From contig OZ024740.1 of NCBI GenBank assembly GCA_964016885.1, forward strand, positions 410,998,001-411,062,000: a DNA stretch of 64,000 nt, read 5' to 3'. Shown here piece after piece: positions 39,721 to 52,739 of this stretch. A program made the translations under genes and the position numbers. The notes beneath the pieces were generated by a model. That model had not been told where the DNA came from. It saw only the letters and a program-made list of their open reading frames with translations, and searched no databases. How positions within the stretch are numbered: position 1 is the first letter of the stretch; every line of letters starts with the position of its first letter. The DNA comes from Eledone cirrhosa. Taxonomy: Eukaryota.

Positions 39721-40220
39721 ATTTCTGTTTACCTTTTACATACATACATGTCCCAAATTTCGAATTCACCGCCAAAACAGGGTTACCTCCCTTTGAGAAA
39801 ACCACGTGTCTATAGCGAAATTTACTGCTACAAAACACACCCGCCGAGGCTATAGAACGCAAGACTTGTTGACGAAGTAAATCCTTTGTTCTATTGTCAA
39901 AGGCCATTAACTTGCAGACCCCAGCAAGCGGAATTAGTCGATCTCGGTTTTACAGAAACCTAGCGTGGATGTTGTATGTTATATGTGATGTATACTGTAT
40001 GCTATGCGATATGCGTTGTGTGTTGCATTCGATGTCCATGTGATGGTCCAGGTCAGTCAAAATCTTTCCCTGAGTTCAGTTTTTTCGTTGCTATGGCAAT
40101 GCGGCTGAACTGCCGGTAGCTATATTTGATTTACAAAGCTGTCTAAACATATTGTTATAACTCTGGGGTAGCCGCAGCCTAAAGCTTCGTTAATGCTGTA
40201 CTAAAATTTGTATATATATA

Positions 40221-40314
<94 letters not shown>

Positions 40315-40345
40315 GTATATATATATGTATATATATATATATATA

Positions 40346-40549
40346 TTAGAAAGTGAGGTTTTTTTTACAAAATGAAAAATAACCGAGGTGTCCTACACGA
40401 GTGAAAGTATAAAGAAAAAGAGATGAAATCGAAAATGCAACTGAAGTCTTATTTTAAAAAAAAATATATATATTTATTTGGTTCCTTTACCGGTTTTGCA
40501 GTTCTTCTGCTTTTCAAAAGGTGAGTTGAGATGGAGGGTCTGTGGTTTT

Positions 40550-40550
<1 letters not shown>
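40346..40550 (-). mobile_element. Short HHR-bearing element (HHR at 40484-40521, G12A lesion)
   Basis: Near-identical to 15346-15548. Confidence 0.8.
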
Positions 40551-40591
<41 letters not shown>

Positions 40592-40962
40592 ATACATACG
40601 CAGGGAAGTAAATATGGGGGCCAGCATGTCCCGCCTACACTTCCTCTCCCCAACCAATATCAACAACACATTTTGACAAATGTTCCCAAGCTATCCTTCT
40701 TTTCTCTTTTCCTGTCATCCCATTCTTATCAAAAGACAGGTATCTTACACCTCATTAAAACCCAGACAAACACCTATATTCATCTTTGATATAGACATTT
40801 TTAGAAGATATTCTTTATGGATTTGGAAGAGTTGATTCAACTATGCCATTATATACTCATCAATGAAATGAAATAAAACCAGCAGGAGAGTATGTTTACG
40901 ACCACCTTCTCAAACACCCTTATCTTACAACCTCACCATTTTCTGAGTGTATATATATATGT

Positions 40963-41069
<107 letters not shown>

Positions 41070-41463
41070 TTAATTCCTCTGGGCCTTCATCATCATCAAC
41101 ACTCATTAACACCACACGCCACACCTCAGACAACCAAATCTCTCTTATATATATAGTCACACATTTCAACACAACCTTATCTCAGTTTGACAATCGCCAC
41201 AGACTGACGAATGCGAGAAAGTTCTCCAACCCAAGTTAACCAGGAATCTCTAAAATTCTACCCACTGACGTTAACAAAGAACTTACTGGATCTACCAACA
41301 AATAATATAATAATATTATAAAATTAAATAAAAAAATTTTAACACTACAAGGGAAGTCATTCTTTTCCTTTTTTTCATATATATATATATATATATATAT
41401 GTCCCAAGGCTCTGATACCATCAACACTATACACACAGAGCTGGCATATCTAAGAACTGACTA

Positions 41464-41519
41464 ACTGCCTGATGAGGTCATAGCCATTCAATGGCTATCA
41501 TCGAAATATATATAGCAGT
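41464..41519 (+). ncRNA. Canonical type I hammerhead ribozyme in a solo pLTR-like region (about 40590-41565)
   Basis: actgc-CTGATGA-ggtcatagcca(ttcaa)tggctatcatc-GAAA-tatata-TA-gcagt, followed by AATAAA. Confidence 0.88.
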
Positions 41520-41560
41520 AAATAAAGTATTATGAGTTCATGCAATTAACTTATGTTTCG

Positions 41561-41621
<61 letters not shown>

Positions 41622-41925
41622 TACACCTACGGTAGTAGGTGTATAATATTCTTAAGGTCCCATTTCGGTCACTCGCGACACCTTCAAAGCTTTGTCACTA
41701 ATTCAATTTTTGATAGAATTGGATGCGGTTTTTTGCACTTCATAGGACCACAGATAAGCTACTTTTTGACATAAAAATATTGAAATCTGGTTCAGGAGAA
41801 AAAAAGTTACATAAAAATAAGTGAGGACCAAAAGAGTGTAAGGAACTACATACATAAGTAACGCTTAGTTTGTTTCTAATTTCTAATACATTAAAATAGT
41901 GATAGATTGTGCAATAGCGAATTGT

Positions 41926-41998
41926 GGTCAGGTAGCTCAGTCGATAGAGCAGCGGACCGGCAATCCGAAGGTCGTGGGTTCGATTCCCACCCTGATTA
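41926..41998 (+). tRNA. tRNA-like gene/pseudogene, anticodon GGC (Ala-like)
   Basis: 73-nt cloverleaf: GGTCAGG/CCTGATT, GCTC/GAGC, CGGA/TCCG, GTGGG-TTCGATT-CCCAC. It has C33, no D-loop GG and no G3:U70, so it is probably not a translating tRNA. Confidence 0.6.
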
Positions 41999-42111
41999 CT
42001 TTTCCTATCTGCACTTCTTCCTATTCATTATTATTTATTTAACTTATTTGTTGATAAATATTTTTAATATTAATATAATATCCTTGCATTGCCTGGAAAA
42101 AAAGTGGATTA

Positions 42112-43315
42112 CAGGGAAAAACTGCGGGCGCATGTAAAGAAATATTCTTAAATTAATAAACCTAGAAAAGTAAAGGACAAGTTATTACACCTGGAAAAGT
42201 AAAGGACAAGAAAACTTTTTCTTAAAACTTCTTAAAATATTGCAGCTAAAGTCTAAATTTGAAAAAAATATTTAGATTATAAAACTAAAAATAAATAATT
42301 ATAAGTTAATTGTTAAAAAAATATCACTTTAAAGGACTGGAAAAATGACTGTCTTATAGGGAGAGTTGACTACTGTATACTTAATTTTTTTCTTGGTGTA
42401 TACAAATTAATCTTTTTAAAATAAAATTTGTACAATAATTTGTACAATAATTAATTAATAATAATAATAATAATTAATATGTACAATTTATTAATTTATG
42501 TTATAAGATATTTAAAAATGTTCACTCTTAATCAAATTACATTTTTAAAAATTTAGTTATAAAATAATGCAGTAAAATAAATCAAAAACAGTGCATCATA
42601 TAATTGCACTTTTTATGAGTATTACAGATTTTTTTTATAATATAGTAAAATTCAACATCTCAAGGGGCAAAATTAGGTAAAAGTCAATTCATCAATTATT
42701 CATTTATACTGAATAAATCAATTATAGTGAATTCATCAATTCATTAGATGAACTGTTGAATTAGACAATGTTTAATTTTTAATTGTAGTCTAATTTTACT
42801 CTACCTAAAAATGTAGATTGGTTATTTTGATCTCTGACAGGTCTTAAATTTCATTATTAAACAATTATAATTTGTTATTATTTATCATTACAGTTGGCTC
42901 CCTAATTAATTATTAATTAATTGTTAGTGTCATTTACACGCCAAAATTTTGTTATATTTAATGTTATAATTGTCACTCATTTTTTCAGTCCCATTTAGTA
43001 AAGTAAAATAAAGTATATTTATTTAATGACCCAACCACTATGGTGTAAATTAGGATCACAAAATTAAATAAATGATCATAAATTAGTATTATTATCAATT
43101 AGAGAGTCAACTGTATTATTAGAATTTATCACTCTCTATGTATAATTAAATCAAATATTTGTTATTATTCAAATTTATACTATAACTGCAATATTTTAAG
43201 AAGTTTTAAGAAGTTTTCTTGTCCTTTACTTTTCCAGGTGTAATAACTTGTCCTTTACTTTTCTAGGTTTATTAATTTAAGAATATTTCTTTACATGCGC
43301 CCGCATTTTTCCCTC
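42112..43315. mobile_element. Tc1/mariner-type non-autonomous element, ~130-bp TIRs, TA TSD
   Basis: TA-CAGGGAAAA..TGCAG (42112-42245) and its reverse complement (43186-43315)-TA; a 29-bp-period subrepeat lies in each TIR. Confidence 0.88.
42891..43113. mobile_element. Nested pogo/Tc1-like MITE
   Basis: TA-CAGTTGGCTCCCTAATT ... AATTAGAGAGTCAACTG-TA. Confidence 0.7.
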
Positions 43316-43539
43316 TAATATATATATGGATAACAAGTTATCGTTATAGGTAATCCAGTTAGAGGTTGTGAGTACTCTGTATTGTAGATAGTTTTAACGT
43401 ACGGCGTTTGACTCAACAAGAGCTTTCCTTAGTTAGGTAGCGAGTTTGCGAGAATTCCTATGCAGGTTAATCTTGGAGTAATAATAGTGAAAGATTGAAG
43501 AATATCATGGTCGGCTGTACTAAAAGGGTTTTATTTCAG

Positions 43540-43650
43540 GTATTAACAATTGTTTCATTGATCAGGTGAGTCTAAAGGCCGCTAATCACTCGAAGTTGCG
43601 TCACTCGACCTTAAATACAGTGTTTACCTCTGATCAAATCATCGGAATAC
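43540..43650 (-). ncRNA. Type I hammerhead-like motif, CCGATGA core, long stem II
   Basis: rc: gtatt-CCGATGA-tttgatcagaggt..acctgatcaat-GAAAC-aatt-GTT-aatac, then AATAAA; lies in the pLTR of the 44313-44850 PLE. Confidence 0.7.
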
Positions 43651-44312
43651 TAGAGTTTTTACCAATGGCATTGGTATATATAGAGATACAACGGTATATA
43701 TAGAGATACAGCAATAACATCAATAATAAAAGATAATGATAAAGAGGTAAAGAGGATAGAGTGAAGATGGTACAGATGTAAAAAATGAGTAACAAAAATA
43801 ATAAGTCCAAAATGCGATTGCTGATAATAGTGGTGGTGGTGAGTAAGTGTATGTGTAAATATAATACTAACATGAAAAGCAGCATCAAATACTTACATAT
43901 ATACGTGGTGGTCAAATCCCAGAGGGTTAGAGTAGAAAATAAAAATAGTAACAAATGACAGATAAAAGATAAAAAATAATAAATTAAAATTAAATGAGAG
44001 GGGAAGAGATAATGGGATGCGATATAAGGGGTAGGGCTAACGATGGGGAAGGAGTAGATAGGTAGATAGAGGATAAGAATTGAGATGGAGAGACTTGATA
44101 TATATGCGTGTAATTGTCTCGCGTACTGTTTGTCTTATCTTAATGGGGTTGATATGGCTTTAGGGAGAGAGAGTGAAAGAAAGGTTAGGAGATGTATGAT
44201 GTTGATCTAGTGACCAGTCGGTCAGTTGACAGCTAATAACAGTGGGGAGGTAAGTAGTTAGTATATTAAAATCCGGGTGGTTCAGTTCGAAATTTGGGAT
44301 TGCTGGATCGAA

Positions 44313-44850
44313 TCATGTTGGTTTGAAATTTGTGAACTTGGTAGCTGCTTTGTGCCTACAGAAAATTGAACTTTCTATTTTGCTGTTAAGCAGCACCTTA
44401 TACTTTAAAATATGGAACAGCTCCTTATTGCAAAGTCCGCAGTGGGAGATTACGTTTTTGTAGGCCCTTGCTCCCGATAATTTCGACCAGCTAATCCCAT
44501 ATTCTTGGCTTGTGTCCTTAAGCTGCCAGATTTTTGGGGGCAGCGTTGTTGAGTTCTCTAGTCTACGGTTCTCCATAGAGCGTCTGTGAACGTACCATCT
44601 TTTTTTTAATTCCCCAGCCGTGGACCCTATGTAGTGCCATTTTATGTTGCCCGAATATATAGTACACAGGTACACCATATTTGATTCCAGGCATCTATTT
44701 TGTAGTGGGCACTTATCCGGCAGGTGGCAGTTACATTTGAAGGCCTTCATGTGTTCAGACTCTCCGTTGCGGTTTTGTATGTTGTTATGGATGGTTGAGA
44801 TTTAGGCTTATTAATATTTTGTTGTGATGCGCCCTGATATGTGTGTGGTT
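44313..44850 (-). pseudogene. Naiad-type PLE GIY-YIG 3' fragment
   Basis: HNKIL..CNC..CPL..CL, MVY..YIG, CGLC, CRHK. Confidence 0.85.
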
Positions 44851-45644
44851 GTGATATATATATATATATATAATGTATAATTTATATATATATAGAACAT
44901 ATAGAACAGCACACCCCAGCCACGGTATCATGCCCCATGGCGACCGGGACGAGCGTACCCATGAATGTATACCCAGTCGGTTGTGACTAAATATTCTCCA
45001 CCTGTTCCACTTTGGAACAATGATTATTACTATCATTATTGTTCTATTATTGTTCTGTTACTGTTACCTGTTCCACACACGGACACAGGTTTGCACCTCA
45101 TACTACCTGTGTGTAGTATGTCACATGGACACACGCACCTTCTCCTGTGCATCCCCGCTCTTTTTTTATTTTTATTATTTTACCTGTTTTGTTTTATCTT
45201 ACGACCTTCTTTTATTCTACATATTTATGCAGTTACATACAGATTTTAATGTACCCTAAAATATTGTAAATTTATTTATTTATTTATTTTGCTTTATTAT
45301 TGTGTTTATATTCGCGTGTTTTTATGCGTGGACCTGTGCGTAGACACATGTATGTGTGTGTGTGTAGATATGTATATATATATATATATCTATATATACT
45401 TGGGTGGGTGCGGGGGGGGGGTGTATATGGTCATGGGTGCGTGTGTGCAAGAGCTTACATGCGCGTGTATGTGCAGACATGTGCATGTATGTACATAGGT
45501 GGCGAAATGTGTGTGTATGTGTGGATATGTATGTGTATATGTGAATATGTATATGTATGTCTATATATGTGTGCGTATGTACTTATAGCCACGTATGAGT
45601 AGCTGTCTGTGTGTGGGTGAGTAAGCGTGTGCATATGTGTATGC

Positions 45645-45700
<56 letters not shown>

Positions 45701-45962
45701 GTGTGCGGGTGTACGCATATGTGGGCCTATATATGTGTGTATGTGTATTTGTGCATACATGTAGGTGTTTATGTGCATCTACCATGAATGTGTGCGGATG
45801 AGTATATATGAAGTATATATGCTTTTTATTATTACTATTATTCTTGATGTATTACTTTATCACATATCCTTTGTATATATCCGTATATGTATGTATGTAT
45901 CTGTGTAAATATGTGTGTGGGTATGTATATGTATATGTATATGTATCTGGCAGAAGGGTATA

Positions 45963-46003
45963 CGGTGCTGATGATAGCTAAGAAGCTTGAAACTAGTACA
46001 TCG
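45963..46003 (+). ncRNA. Canonical minimal type I hammerhead ribozyme
   Basis: cggtg-CTGATGA-t-agc(taagaa)gct-t-GAAAC-ta-GTA-catcg. Confidence 0.88.
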
Positions 46004-46153
46004 TTCCTGTGTCAGTGTTGAACAAAAAGGTGACGTGGTTGCCTTAACACCGTACGGCATAAATCAGGCTGTCCGCTTGTTTACAAACGGACAAAGCGGG
46101 CGTTATAATAAACGTCCACTAAACTGATACGTACATATATATATGTGTACCTG

Positions 46154-46211
<58 letters not shown>

Positions 46212-46322
46212 TGCTACTGTACGTCTGTATACATATATGTATGTACGTATACATACATACTTACATTTAAGTAAGTGCCGTACTAAGAGTGAGAAATTAA
46301 ATTTCGTTTCATTATATTACAA

Positions 46323-46450
46323 ACGTCCCTTTACGATCTGAGTTCAAATCCCGCCGAGGTTGACTTTGCCTTCCATCCTTACGGGGTCGATAAAATAAAG
46401 TACCAGTAATGAACTGTGTAATTGCTGGCCTTGTGCCTAAAGTAGAAACA
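46323..46450 (+). mobile_element. 5'-truncated family-1 SINE with 12-bp TSD (duplicate at 47018-47145)
   Basis: ATTATATTACAA at 46311-46322 and 46451-46462; empty site at 51074-51085. Confidence 0.92.
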
Positions 46451-46504
46451 ATTATATTACAACTTATCGGTTTCGGTACGCCTGGCCGACTGAACTCACT
46501 CGAT

Positions 46505-46553
46505 ATGCAAATTAGGCTGCTCAGCCGTTAATTTTCATAAGGAAAGTATATAC
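46505..46553 (+). promoter_or_regulatory. Octamer + TAATTTTCATA box + TATA-like (putative snRNA-type promoter)
   Basis: Conserved with family B; lies 35-83 nt upstream of the HHR; function inferred. Confidence 0.5.
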
Positions 46554-46587
46554 TTTCGAACGTTCAACTATCTGACAGAAGGGTATA

Positions 46588-46628
46588 CGGTGCTGATGAT
46601 AGCTAAGAAGCTTGAAACTAGTACATCG
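46588..46628 (+). ncRNA. Canonical minimal type I hammerhead ribozyme
   Basis: Identical to 45963-46003. Confidence 0.88.
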
Positions 46629-46778
46629 TTCCTGTGTCAGTGTTGAACAAAAAGGTGACGTGGTTGCCTTAACACCGTACGGCATAAATCAGGCTGTCCG
46701 CTTGTTTACAAACGGACAAAGCGGGCGTTATAATAAACGTCCGCTAAACTGATACGTACATATATATATGTGTACCTG

Positions 46779-46906
<128 letters not shown>

Positions 46907-47282
46907 TGCTACTGTACGTCTGTATACATATATGTATGTACGTATACATACATACTTACATTTAAGTAAGTGCCGTACTAAGAGTGGGAAATTAAATTTC
47001 GTTTCATTATATTACAAACGTCCCTTTACGATCTGAGTTCAAATCCCGCCGAGGTTGACTTTGCCTTTCATCCTTACGGGGTCGATAAAATAAAGTACCA
47101 GTAATCAACTGTGTAATTGCTGGCCTTGTGCCTAAAGTAGAAACAATTATATTACAACTTATCGGTTTCGGTACGCCTGGCCGACTGAACTCACTCGATA
47201 TGCAAATTAGGCTGCTCAGCCGTTAATTTTCATAAGGAAAGTATATACTTTCGAACGTTCAACTATCTGGCAGAAGGGTATA

Positions 47283-47323
47283 CGGTGCAGATGATAGCTA
47301 AGAAGCTTGAAACTAGTACATCG
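47283..47323 (+). ncRNA. Hammerhead copy with U4A lesion (CAGATGA)
   Basis: Otherwise identical to 45963-46003. Confidence 0.75.
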
Positions 47324-47473
47324 TTCCTGTGTCAGTGCTGAACAGGTGACGTGGTTGCCTTAACACCGTACGGCATAAATCAGGCTGTCCGCTTGTTTAC
47401 AAACGGACAAAGTGGGCGTTATAATAAACGTCCGCTAAACTGATACGTACATATATATATATATGTGTACCTG

Positions 47474-47510
<37 letters not shown>

Positions 47511-48524
47511 GATATTAAATAAATGGAAACTATATTTATAAAACCATATTTATTTCATTATATATATTTCAGGGATATCATATTAAAAATATGTTATTTC
47601 TTCTTCAGACAAAATACAATATAAACAGTCTTATAAATAGATAGATTTGACATACCTTTCAACTTCATCTTCCATTTAAAAAGTTGATTTGGTAGTGAAA
47701 AATGTTAGGGACAGTTATAAAAAGAAAGAAAGAAAGAAAGAAAGAAAGAAAAAAAGAAGAAATGCATGCAACTAAATAGAGAGAGATAGATATAGAGAGA
47801 TAGATAGAGAGAGGAATTCATGTAAAGAAACAGAGAGAGATATATATAGAGAGGAAAAAACACAGAGGGAGATAGATAGAGAGAGAGAGAGAGAAAAAAA
47901 AAATAGAGAGAGAGAGATATAGATAGAGATAGAGAGAAAGAAAATAGGTAGTTGGGCATCAGTTGAATGACGTATCAATGATATATTTATTTATTTATTT
48001 ATTCATTTAGTTCTAGTATTAATATAGAGAGAGATATATGTGGTTAGGAGAGAAAACAGCCGTTACATAGAGAGAAAAGAAAAATATCCAGACATAAACG
48101 AGGCAGATTTAAAACACTATGTTTCATCAATGTAAAAATATAAATTCGTATGAATCAGGCATTATAATGTAAATATCAGTATTCATGAATGAGACACGTA
48201 TCAATAATGTGTGAAAAATAATGATCATATGTCTAGTTTAAAAATTCCTAGGTTTATATTAGAGTTGAGATAAAATAGAAGGTTATCCCAGATTCGATAC
48301 TATAGACATCCATGTGAATTTACGTGATCAACTCTGCAAATTCCTATTTCACACGAAAACATTCTCATTGTGCTATAAAATTCTAGTATACATATATGTG
48401 TACATACACACAAATATATATAGAGTCTACATTAATTATAACAATACTATTCTTGTCTTTACTCTACATGATTATCGTTCAAGCATAAATAAAGAACAGA
48501 TATCAATATATCAATAAAAATATC

Positions 48525-48554
48525 AGAAATAAAAATAAAAAAATATTAAAATAT

Positions 48555-48585
<31 letters not shown>

Positions 48586-48689
48586 AAATAAAAAATAAAA
48601 AATAAAAAATAAAAAATAAAAAATAAAAAATAAAAAATAAAAAATAAAAAATAAAAAATAAAAAATAAAAAAATAAAAAATAAAAAAAT

Positions 48690-48726
<37 letters not shown>

Positions 48727-48924
48727 AAATAAAAAATAAAAAATAAAAAATAAAAAATAAAAAAATAAAAAATAAAAAATAAAAAATAAAAAATAAAAAA
48801 TAAAAAATAAAAAATAAAAAATAAAAAATAAAAAATAAAAAATAAAAAATAAAAAATAAAAAATAAAAAATAAAAAATAAAAAATAAAAAATAAAAAATA
48901 AAAAATAAAAAATAAAAAATAAAA
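48525..48924. repeat. (TAAAAAA)n 7-bp tandem repeat
   Basis: Seen directly. Confidence 0.95.
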
Positions 48925-49273
48925 CATAGTATGCCCCGCAAATCAACCACAGAGATCAACCCTTCAAGGTTAATTGACAATATATTGCCAAGTTCGTTAT
49001 AAGCATCAGAATCAAAAGCAAACAAAACCAAAATTATTTACCAAATCCTGTCTAGCAGAAATCATTCCAAAAGTTTAGGATAGCCATTTGATCTACAGAT
49101 GGTCTTATATTTAATAGAGGTTTATCTAGTGTAAAATTTATTCGATATATTTGGAGCATCAGCTTTTAGGGTAGTTTAATTATTCATGAAGAATGTTTAA
49201 AATAAAAAAGAAATCGAAAGATTTATCGGCGAGTTTCATAAATAATTATAAATCAAGTTAAATATACTACATT

Positions 49274-50815
49274 TTAAATTTGTATTTATATTTAAAAGTT
49301 GAGTTCAATCTATGTCTGCAGCAACTGAATAAATTTGTCCGTAAATTAAGGGAATTTTTAGATTTTAGTATAAAGAATATCTCCTCCGCGCAGAGGTCAC
49401 ATGTCTCAGAGGATGAATTAAAAGGAATCCCTCTTGAGACTATATTCCAAGCCGTCGAATATCCAACGTTATCATGCTTAAGTTGCCAGAGTAGGCCTGA
49501 TAGTGATGTTGAAGATTTTTAGCTTGGATCTGTGAAAGAATACTTGTGGTTATTATAGCGAAGTTTAAATTCTGTCGAGGTGGAACCAACATAGTTAAAA
49601 GAATTTAAGTCCGTTTTAACATTACAGTTATATATTATATTTTTAACTAAGCAATTGTTATTTAACGGACATTTAGATCTATCTCTACAGTTACATTTGT
49701 TTACTTGGATATTATTTATGCTATTATCGGTATTTTGGCTAGGTTTTAAATTCCTATTATTTATTCTATTAATATTTTGTGCTAAATTTTTGGTGGATGA
49801 GTAAGTTAATTTTATAGTATGTCTATTGAAAATTGAGTGATACCTATGTGTTCTAGGGAAGCGATTATCAAGAGCGTTAAAAAATAGTTTAGCGATGTGG
49901 GTTTTAATGTTTAGTAAGAAAGGGGGGGCAAACCATATTATATTCCTAGTTCTATTTCTTTTTTGGCTTTTGGAATTATTGTAATGCTTTCTATTATAGT
50001 TGTTAAAGTTGTTGCCGTAATTAAAATTGTTGTTATTTTGGTTAGTTTGTCTATTATTTTCTATGTACATAATTTTATCACTATATCCTGCTCTAGCTAA
50101 CGCTTCATTGTAATACTGGGCTTTTTCGTCGAAAATCTTTTTATTAGATGAGATTCTAGAGATACGTTTTTGAACAGAGTTTACTATAGTATTTTTAACA
50201 GATCTGGGGTGGTTAGAATTAAAGCTGACATAGTTTAAGTTTTCATTCAACCTGTGAAATGGATAGTGAAGACATGTGTTGAGATTTAATGTTACATCTA
50301 GGAAATTGACTATTCTATGGTTATTCTCAATTTCTATTTTTAGATTAAAGTAATTAAAAATTGTGTAATTTGTTTTCTTTTTCTATTTAGTTCAGAGTTA
50401 TTATTTTCAATAAGGAAAAGCATGTCATCTCTATATAAACCTCCGGTAGCACCGGGTATTTTCCTATGCAGCGAATTGATTATAAAAAGGCCCACAAGGT
50501 CAGTTACCTGCGCTGAGTCGGATGATCCCATAGTAATGTCGAAATTGTTATGTCTATCTGCTCTGGTCCATAGTTGGTCATTAAATTCTATCAATGTTTT
50601 CCTAACCGATAATATAATGTGCATTTCATTGTTAGTTAGGTCTGTATGTTTGAATGCGTAATTTAGTGCCTTATTTAGTAGATTAGAGGTAATAGATGAA
50701 TAATAGTTAGCAATATCTAGTTGAATAAATTTATTATTATTGTTATATTTAATTTCTTTAAACCACTCAATAACCTCTCCAGTTCCCTTCCACAAGCTCA
50801 AGTTAGGTAAACAAT
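49274..50815 (-). pseudogene. 5'-truncated Naiad-type PLE (RT + GIY-YIG)
   Basis: FIQLDIANYY, MGSSDSAQ, YRDDML, SNHP, WFAPPF, CNC..CPL, YVG; frameshift at about 50350 and an in-frame TAA at 49519-49521. Confidence 0.9.
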
Positions 50816-50912
50816 TATTTAATATCGTAAATATACTCCAAATACTTGTTGAGTGCTTTTATATCAGTTATAAATATTTACTCGTTGTAACCCAACAATT
50901 TAAATAAAACTT

Positions 50913-50969
<57 letters not shown>

Positions 50970-50974
<5 letters not shown>

Positions 50975-51401
50975 TGCTACTGTACGTCTGTATACATATA
51001 TGTATGTACGTATACATACATACTTACATTTAAGTAAGTGCCGTACTAAGAGTGAGAAATGAAATTTCGTTTCATTATATTACAACTTATCGTTTTCGGT
51101 ACGCCCGGCCGACTGAACTCACTCGATATGCAAATTAGGCTGCTCAGCCGTTAATTTTCATAAGGAAAGTATATACTTTCGAACGTTCAACTATCTGACA
51201 GAAGGGTATACGGTGCTGATGATAGCTAAGAAGCTTGAAACTAGTACATCGTTCCTGTGTCAGTGTTGAACAAAAATGTGACGTGGTTGCCTTAACACCG
51301 TACGGCATAAATCAGGCTGTCCGCTTGTTTACAAACGGACAAAGTGGGGGTTATAATAAACGTCCGCTAAACTGATACGTACATATATATATGTGTACCT
51401 G

Positions 51402-51443
<42 letters not shown>

Positions 51444-51497
51444 TGCTACTCTACGTCTGTATACATATATGTATGTAGTACGTATACATACATACTT
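50970..51497 (+). mobile_element. Retrozyme-like family A monomer without the SINE (HHR at 51211-51251)
   Basis: Near-identical to the 45944-47478 units, with an intact HHR and an octamer at 51128. Confidence 0.88.
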
Positions 51498-52236
51498 ATA
51501 TATATATATATATATATATATATCATATTGTATATTATATTTTATATATTATATTCTATGTTACAGTAATGTACCGTTAGTTTATGGTATATTGTTTTTT
51601 ATTGTATAACGAACTTTTATTTACGGTTTTGTTTATATTTGTATATGTGGATGCACATATGTATGCGAGCAAATATGCATATGTGCAGGTGTATGCATGT
51701 GGCAGCACGTGTGCGTATGCATATATAGATGTATATATGTCGGCATATGCGTGGGTGTATATATATGTGTATATGTGTGGCTGTGCGTATGAATGTTAGG
51801 TTGTTGTTTTTGTGTGTATATATATATATATGTGTGTGTATGTAATATATAGATGTATATATGTCGGCATATGCGTGGGTGTGTATATATATATGTGTAT
51901 ATATGTGGCTGTTCCTACGCATGATAGGTTGTTGTTTCTTTTGTTTTTTGTTTGTTTGTATATATATATATATATGTGTGTGTGTATGTAATGTTTGTGT
52001 ACGTATGCGTATTTTGTATGTATGTGTGGGCATGTGTGCGTGTATATATATATATATATATGTGTATGTATGTATGTGTATGTATATATATATATATGTA
52101 CATACATGGTTGTGTGTGTATACGTATGTATGTGCATGTATGTGTGTATGCATATATGTGTGTGTATGAGTGTGTGTATATATAGATATATACATATATA
52201 TAAGATTGGGCGTATGTATGTGTGCGCGCGTATGTA

Positions 52237-52335
<99 letters not shown>

Positions 52336-52557
52336 ACGTATGCTTGAATAGGCAATGCTTATTCAAACCGGATACATGGCGCGAAGTAAGCAGCCGCCAC
52401 AAGGCTTGTGGCGATATGTATCTACATGTGGGTGTGACTGGGTCCGTGGAGGTGAGGGAGAGAGTGTGTGTGTATATATACATATATGTATGTGGGTGTG
52501 TGTGTCTGCGAATGTGGACGTACGTGTGTGTATGCATAAATCTGTCGGTGTCTGCAT

Positions 52558-52644
<87 letters not shown>

Positions 52645-52739
52645 TAGTATGTCTGGGTGCTTACTATGAAGTGTGAACAGACATGTGGGATGCTGAACCC
52701 AGCATGACTCCATCGAAATGTGTCGGACGGAAAATGGCT

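Noticed and set aside
48085-48136. Possible decayed HHR (minus strand) downstream of the 49274-50815 PLE
   Set aside because: Core, GAAA and stem I are all mismatched; too degenerate to call.
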